Shown: piece by piece, positions 60,848 through 64,000 of the stretch | How the letters are laid out: each line of letters opens with the position of its first letter | Position numbering within the stretch: the first letter of the stretch is position 1 | DNA from: Paludibacteraceae bacterium | Lineage (GTDB): Bacteria; Bacteroidota; Bacteroidia; Bacteroidales; Paludibacteraceae | DNA: 64,000 nt | Assembly (NCBI GenBank): GCA_035369865.1 | Contig: DAOOVG010000001.1 | Location: forward strand, 2,519 to 66,518 | Reading direction: 5' to 3' | The notes under the pieces: generated by a model | What the model was told of the DNA's origin: nothing | What the model saw: the letters and a program-made list of their open reading frames with translations, nothing else | The model's database searches: none | Position numbers and translations under genes: made by a program

Positions 60848-61044
60848 AAATTTTATTTTTACTTGATTTACAATTAATTTTTAGAAAATCAAACAATTAT
60901 ATTTTTTAGAACTTTCTTTTAAAGTTGCCACAAAAGTACTACTTTGAACGTAAAGAAACAAAAAAATTAAAGAAAAATTTCTTTAATTTTCTTCAGCTTT
61001 GTAACAAATTTACTAAATTTCCCTTTCTGAAAAGTTGTAATTTA

Positions 61045-61500
61045 TTATATATAAAATATACCACTTTTGAAAGGGAAATCTGTTAGAATATATTGTTGTG
61101 TGAAAGTGCTTCTGAGCTTAGGAATTAGTAATAAGTCTTTCTTAAAGTATTGCCAAATATACAATAGAATTTTGTAGGCGAGCATACAAACAAAACATGT
61201 CCTCTGGTTCTTTTTTCTTTTCTTAAATAAATAAGCCTTATCTCTTCCAAACCTATTTTTAATAAAGTACAAAAAGCATTCTCTGCTAAAGATAAATCTT
61301 TAATCGCTTATAAACTGTCTATTTACTGGCATCGGTAGTTTGTAAATCTGTTTTTATCAAATAACAACCATCCAACAGGCATTCCTTTTTCAATGCTTCT
61401 TCATCTACCAAAAGGTCTAAAAAATGTTCTTCATTTATCCGCAGAGTTAAGCATTTGCGGACAATATCTTTCTTATAAATTACTATAAGGTGAAAATTAC
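61045..61500 (-). pseudogene. C-terminal remnant of an IS1634/IS4-superfamily DDE transposase, frameshifted
   Basis: Reverse-strand frames give ...LLDGCYLIKTDLQTTDASK, TVYKRLKDLSLAENAFCTLLKIGLEEIRLIYLRKEKRTRGHVLFVC and ...FVCMLAYKILLYIWQYF. This matches the DGxYxLxT / YKxLxxVExAFRxLK...RPIYH...GHVFxCxLAY tail of IS1634-type transposases. The catalytic N-terminal part is absent. Confidence 0.55.
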
Positions 61501-61514
61501 CATATTTAATAAAA

Positions 61515-61547
61515 AACGTCAACATCTTAAAATTTGACATTGACGTT
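61515..61547 (-). terminator. pgk terminator (bidirectional hairpin)
   Basis: AACGTCAA-17 nt-TTGACGTT is flanked by an A-run and a T-run, ~30 nt downstream of the pgk stop. Confidence 0.55.
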
Positions 61548-61575
61548 TTTTTATAAAATAGAATTTTTAATTCAT

Positions 61576-62838
61576 TTAGTAACCTCTGATGGCTTTAATA
61601 CCGGGCAGTACACGACCTTCGATAGCTTCAAGCAAAGCTCCACCACCAGTCGATACATAAGAAACCTTATCTGCCAAGCCATATTTATTGATACAAGCCA
61701 CTGAATCACCACCACCTACCAGCGAAAAAGCTCCATTTTTAGTAGCTTCTACTATAGCTTGGGCAACTGCCAATGAACCGTGTGCGAAATTATCAAATTC
61801 AAAAACCCCTACTGGACCGTTCCATAAAATAGTTTTGGAAGATTTAATAATATCACTGAAAATTTTTTCTGTTTCAGGACCAATATCTAAACCTTGCCAA
61901 CCATCAGGAATTTCATTTACAGGAACAACTTTTGTGTGAGCATCATTACTGAATGAATCGGCAATTTTAGCATCTACAGCCAAAACCATATTGACACCTT
62001 TGTTTTTGGCTTTTTCAAGCAATTTTAAAGCTAATTCAAGCTTATCATCTTCGCAAATAGAATCACCAATTTTCCCACCCAATGCTTTAATAAAAGTATA
62101 AGTCATTCCACCGCCGATGATAAGATTATCTACCTTATTTAGTAAATTTTCTATAATGTCAATTTTTGAAGATACTTTTGAACCACCCATAATAGCAGTA
62201 AAAGGATGTTCAGCATTATTCATTATTTTTTCGATGGCTGCTACTTCCTTTTCCATAAGATAACCAAACATTTTATGATTTTCGTCAAAATAATCGGCTA
62301 TCAATGCAGTAGAAGCATGTGCACGGTGAGCTGTCCCAAAAGCATCATTTACGTATACATCAGCGTATGAAGCCAATGTTTGGGTAAATTTTTTCTGGCG
62401 TTCTTTTAGTTCTTTTTTTGCAATTGCAATTTCTTCTTCAGTAGCGGTTTCAGGTAAGCGAGGTTTTCCTTCTTCTTCTTCGTAAAAACGTAAATTTTCT
62501 AACATTAAAGCTTCACCTGGTTTAAGTTCAGCTACCATTTTTGCTGTCTCTTCACCTATACAATCAGGTGCAAATTTTACGGTTATTCCCAGTAATTCAG
62601 AAACGCGAGGTAAAATGTGTTTTAAAGAATACTTGGGATCAGGATTTTTTTTAGGCCTGCCCATGTGTGAAGCAATGATAACGCTTCCCCCATCATTTAA
62701 AATTTTTTTCAAAGTGGGAATTGCTGCGCGAATACGAGTATCGTCCGTAATGTTAAAATTTTCATCGAGTGGTACATTAAAGTCCACGCGTACAAATGCC
62801 TTTTTGCCGGCAAAATTAAAAGAATCTATTGTTTGCAT
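61576..62838 (-). CDS. pgk: Phosphoglycerate kinase
   Basis: I chose the start at the [27 protein letters not shown] (62838). Motifs are RVDFNVP, SHMGRPK, and GGGDS followed further downstream by STGGGA. Confidence 0.9.
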   Translation of the reverse strand: MQTIDSFNFAGKKAFVRVDFNVPLDENFNITDDTRIRAAIPTLKKILNDGGSVIIASHMGRPKKNPDPKYSLKHILPRVSELLGITVKFAPDCIGEETAKMVAELKPGEALMLENLRFYEEEEGKPRLPETATEEEIAIAKKELKERQKKFTQTLASYADVYVNDAFGTAHRAHASTALIADYFDENHKMFGYLMEKEVAAIEKIMNNAEHPFTAIMGGSKVSSKIDIIENLLNKVDNLIIGGGMTYTFIKALGGKIGDSICEDDKLELALKLLEKAKNKGVNMVLAVDAKIADSFSNDAHTKVVPVNEIPDGWQGLDIGPETEKIFSDIIKSSKTILWNGPVGVFEFDNFAHGSLAVAQAIVEATKNGAFSLVGGGDSVACINKYGLADKVSYVSTGGGALLEAIEGRVLPGIKAIRGY

Positions 62839-62956
62839 AATCTTCAAATATTTAAAAATAATGTTTATGATTTTGTAAAAAATCAGCAAAGAACCATTTG
62901 CAAAAATAGTAAAATTATGGTTTGTATTTCAACCTTTGAAAAACCTTTATGAATCC

Positions 62957-63376
62957 TTAATTTTTTATTCTTATTTCATAAGCGACCGGAATTGCTTTTT
63001 TGTACAAAGCTATTACCCCACAATATTTTTCGTATGAAAGTTTAACCGCCTTTTCAAGTTTTTCCATGGGAAGCTCTTCTCCTTCAAATTCGTAAATGAT
63101 TTTCATAGAAGTATATTGTTTGGGATCTTCTTCACTTACTTCTGCTTCTATTTGAATATCAAAACCTTTCAGGCCAACTCTCATTTTTTTCAAAAGAGAG
63201 ACTACATCTATTCCGCTACAACCTGCGGCTGCAACTAACATCAGCTTTTTTGGTCGAGGACCTGCATCATCGCCACCTGCTTCCTTTGCCAGATCAATGG
63301 TAATAAGATGCCCATCAACTTCTGTATCGAAAATATTATTTTTTCTCCAAATTGTTTTAGTCGTATGTTGAACCAT
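62957..63376 (-). CDS. OsmC-family (peroxiredoxin-like) protein
   Basis: 139 aa with the OsmC-like pattern, including AAAGCSGIDV and a second Cys in YEKYCGV. Confidence 0.7.
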   Translation of the reverse strand: MVQHTTKTIWRKNNIFDTEVDGHLITIDLAKEAGGDDAGPRPKKLMLVAAAGCSGIDVVSLLKKMRVGLKGFDIQIEAEVSEEDPKQYTSMKIIYEFEGEELPMEKLEKAVKLSYEKYCGVIALYKKAIPVAYEIRIKN

Positions 63377-63599
63377 AGTTTTTTGATTTATAACTTATCT
63401 ATTTAATGTTTTAACAATTTTAAAAAAAATTAGTTCAACCAACTTACTTTAGAATTGATAAAAAATTAATTGATTTTGAAATAATATTTTTTAATTTGAG
63501 AGATTTTTAGAATTTTTTTGGAAATTATTCGTAAGTATTTTATTTCATTTACAGTTTTTCCCTGTCAATATTCTTGTAAAAAAATCTTACAAAATAAAA

Positions 63600-63629
63600 T
63601 TAGGTGATAATGCTTTTACAATCACCTAA
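63600..63629 (-). terminator. tRNA-Lys terminator
   Basis: On the minus strand, TTAGGTGAT-12 nt-ATCACCTAA is followed by TTTTATTTTG, 26 nt after the tRNA 3' end. Confidence 0.55.
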
Positions 63630-63654
63630 AATCAAAAATTTATTTTATTTTTTG

Positions 63655-63727
63655 TGACCCCGGAGGGGCTCGAACCCTCGACCCATTGATTAAGAGTCAA
63701 TTGCTCTGCCAACTGAGCTACGGAGTC
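63655..63727 (-). tRNA. tRNA-Lys (anticodon CTT)
   Basis: The reverse complement is GACTCCGTAGCTCAGTTGGCAGAGCAATTGACTCTTAATCAATGGGTCGAGGGTTCGAGCCCCTCCGGGGTCA. It folds as a cloverleaf with a 7-bp acceptor stem, D-arm GCTC/GAGC, anticodon stem ATTGA/TCAAT with loop CTCTTAA, and T-arm GAGGG-TTCGAGC-CCCTC. No CCA is encoded. Confidence 0.9.
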
Positions 63728-63743
63728 AATGTTTTTTCAAGTG

Positions 63744-63775
63744 CAAAAATACATGAAAATCGAGGTATTTCCAAA
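63744..63775 (-). promoter_or_regulatory. tRNA-Lys promoter (-33 TTTG / -7 TATTTTTG, 20-nt spacer)
   Basis: The minus strand reads TTTG-GAAATACCTCGATTTTCATG-TATTTTTG, ending 16 nt upstream of the mature tRNA 5' end. Confidence 0.55.
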
Positions 63776-64000
63776 CGTATGAAAATTAAAATCAAGGGCA
63801 CAAAACTTTAAAGGCTTACTGTACCGTGCTTCCGTGCACAAGTGTTACTTTTGTAAGTTGATTTTTTTAACAACTAATTAAATAAACTAAGATAACCAAA
63901 GTTTCACACTTCGTTTTTTAATGGGTTTAAAGACAGGAAAAATGAAAGTCTTGAAACCTTTCAAAATATTATATTTTCTAATTCATTTGATTGAAATCTG
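63755..64000 (+). repeat. Second, diverged, inverted copy of the IS110-like 5' non-coding end plus the beginning of a decayed ORF (runs off the right edge)
   Basis: It aligns with the reverse complement of 25303-25476 and, more weakly, with the first ~50 nt after the transposase ATG. Its own ATG is at 63942. Confidence 0.55.

Noticed and set aside
60966-60987. ATTAAAGAAA-AA-TTTCTTTAAT palindrome ~120 nt upstream of sdhC as a regulator binding site
   Set aside because: It is composed entirely of A/T-rich low-complexity sequence in an AT-rich spacer, so chance occurrence is plausible. It does not resemble any operator consensus I can name.
61501-61540. N-terminal part (MSNFKMLTFFIKY…) of the 73-aa ORF 61319-61540
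   Set aside because: These codons coincide with the pgk terminator hairpin. Only the downstream portion resembles transposase sequence.
63655-64000. tRNA-Lys as the attachment site of an integrative element (prophage/ICE)
   Set aside because: There is no integrase, no direct repeat of the tRNA 3' end, and no phage or conjugation genes in the window. The adjacent repeat lies on the 5' (promoter) side of the tRNA, not the 3' side used by tyrosine integrases.
1-64000. CRISPR arrays, rRNA genes, retron/DGR reverse transcriptases, toxin-antitoxin pairs, restriction-modification or other defence islands
   Set aside because: I scanned ORF products and intergenic repeats by eye. I found no regularly spaced direct repeats, no RT, nuclease-helicase or methyltransferase signatures, and no small paired ORFs consistent with such systems.

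Overview
AT-rich Bacteroidota chromosome segment. Evidence: a SusC/SusD pair, T9SS C-terminal sorting domains, gldH, TTTG/TAnnTTTG-type promoters, and anaerobe-type fumarate reductase and rubrerythrin. The left ~25 kb is accessory and entirely minus-strand. It holds the end of a sugar-modification (LPS/capsule-type) operon and three tandem, mosaic paralogues of Pmp-repeat beta-helix T9SS cargo proteins, one fused to an EEP phosphoesterase domain. A GntP permease plus glycerate 2-kinase pair follows, then an anti-sigma/STN-SusC type polysaccharide utilisation locus (PUL). The PUL's only recognisable enzymes are two GH89 alpha-N-acetylglucosaminidases and two EEP-fold phosphoesterases, interleaved with two orphan lipoproteins. 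I do not recognise this enzyme combination from any characterised PUL, and it is my best candidate for new biology here. The PUL also looks damaged. SusD carries one in-frame TAA, and the expected ECF sigma gene is reduced to a short fragment abutting a truncated, frameshifted IS110-family transposase. The right ~38 kb is housekeeping: miaB, apbC/mrp, trmB, gldH, PSP1, holB, sufSE, folD, rsmE, hisB, ung, purD, cmk, ispH, pfkA, sdhCAB/frd, pgk and tRNA-Lys(CUU). It also carries a rubrerythrin/rubredoxin pair and a NEW3-domain plus ABC exporter operon. This region is punctuated by decayed IS256-like and IS1634/IS4-like fragments. It also contains a candidate promoter-to-terminator small RNA upstream of purD and a ~240-bp inverted-repeat-bounded (MITE- or inverton-like) element downstream of sdhB. 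A second, inverted, diverged copy of the IS110 5' non-coding end sits next to tRNA-Lys at the right edge. I saw no CRISPR array, rRNA, intact transposase or recognisable defence system. All family assignments come from motif recognition by eye, not from searches.
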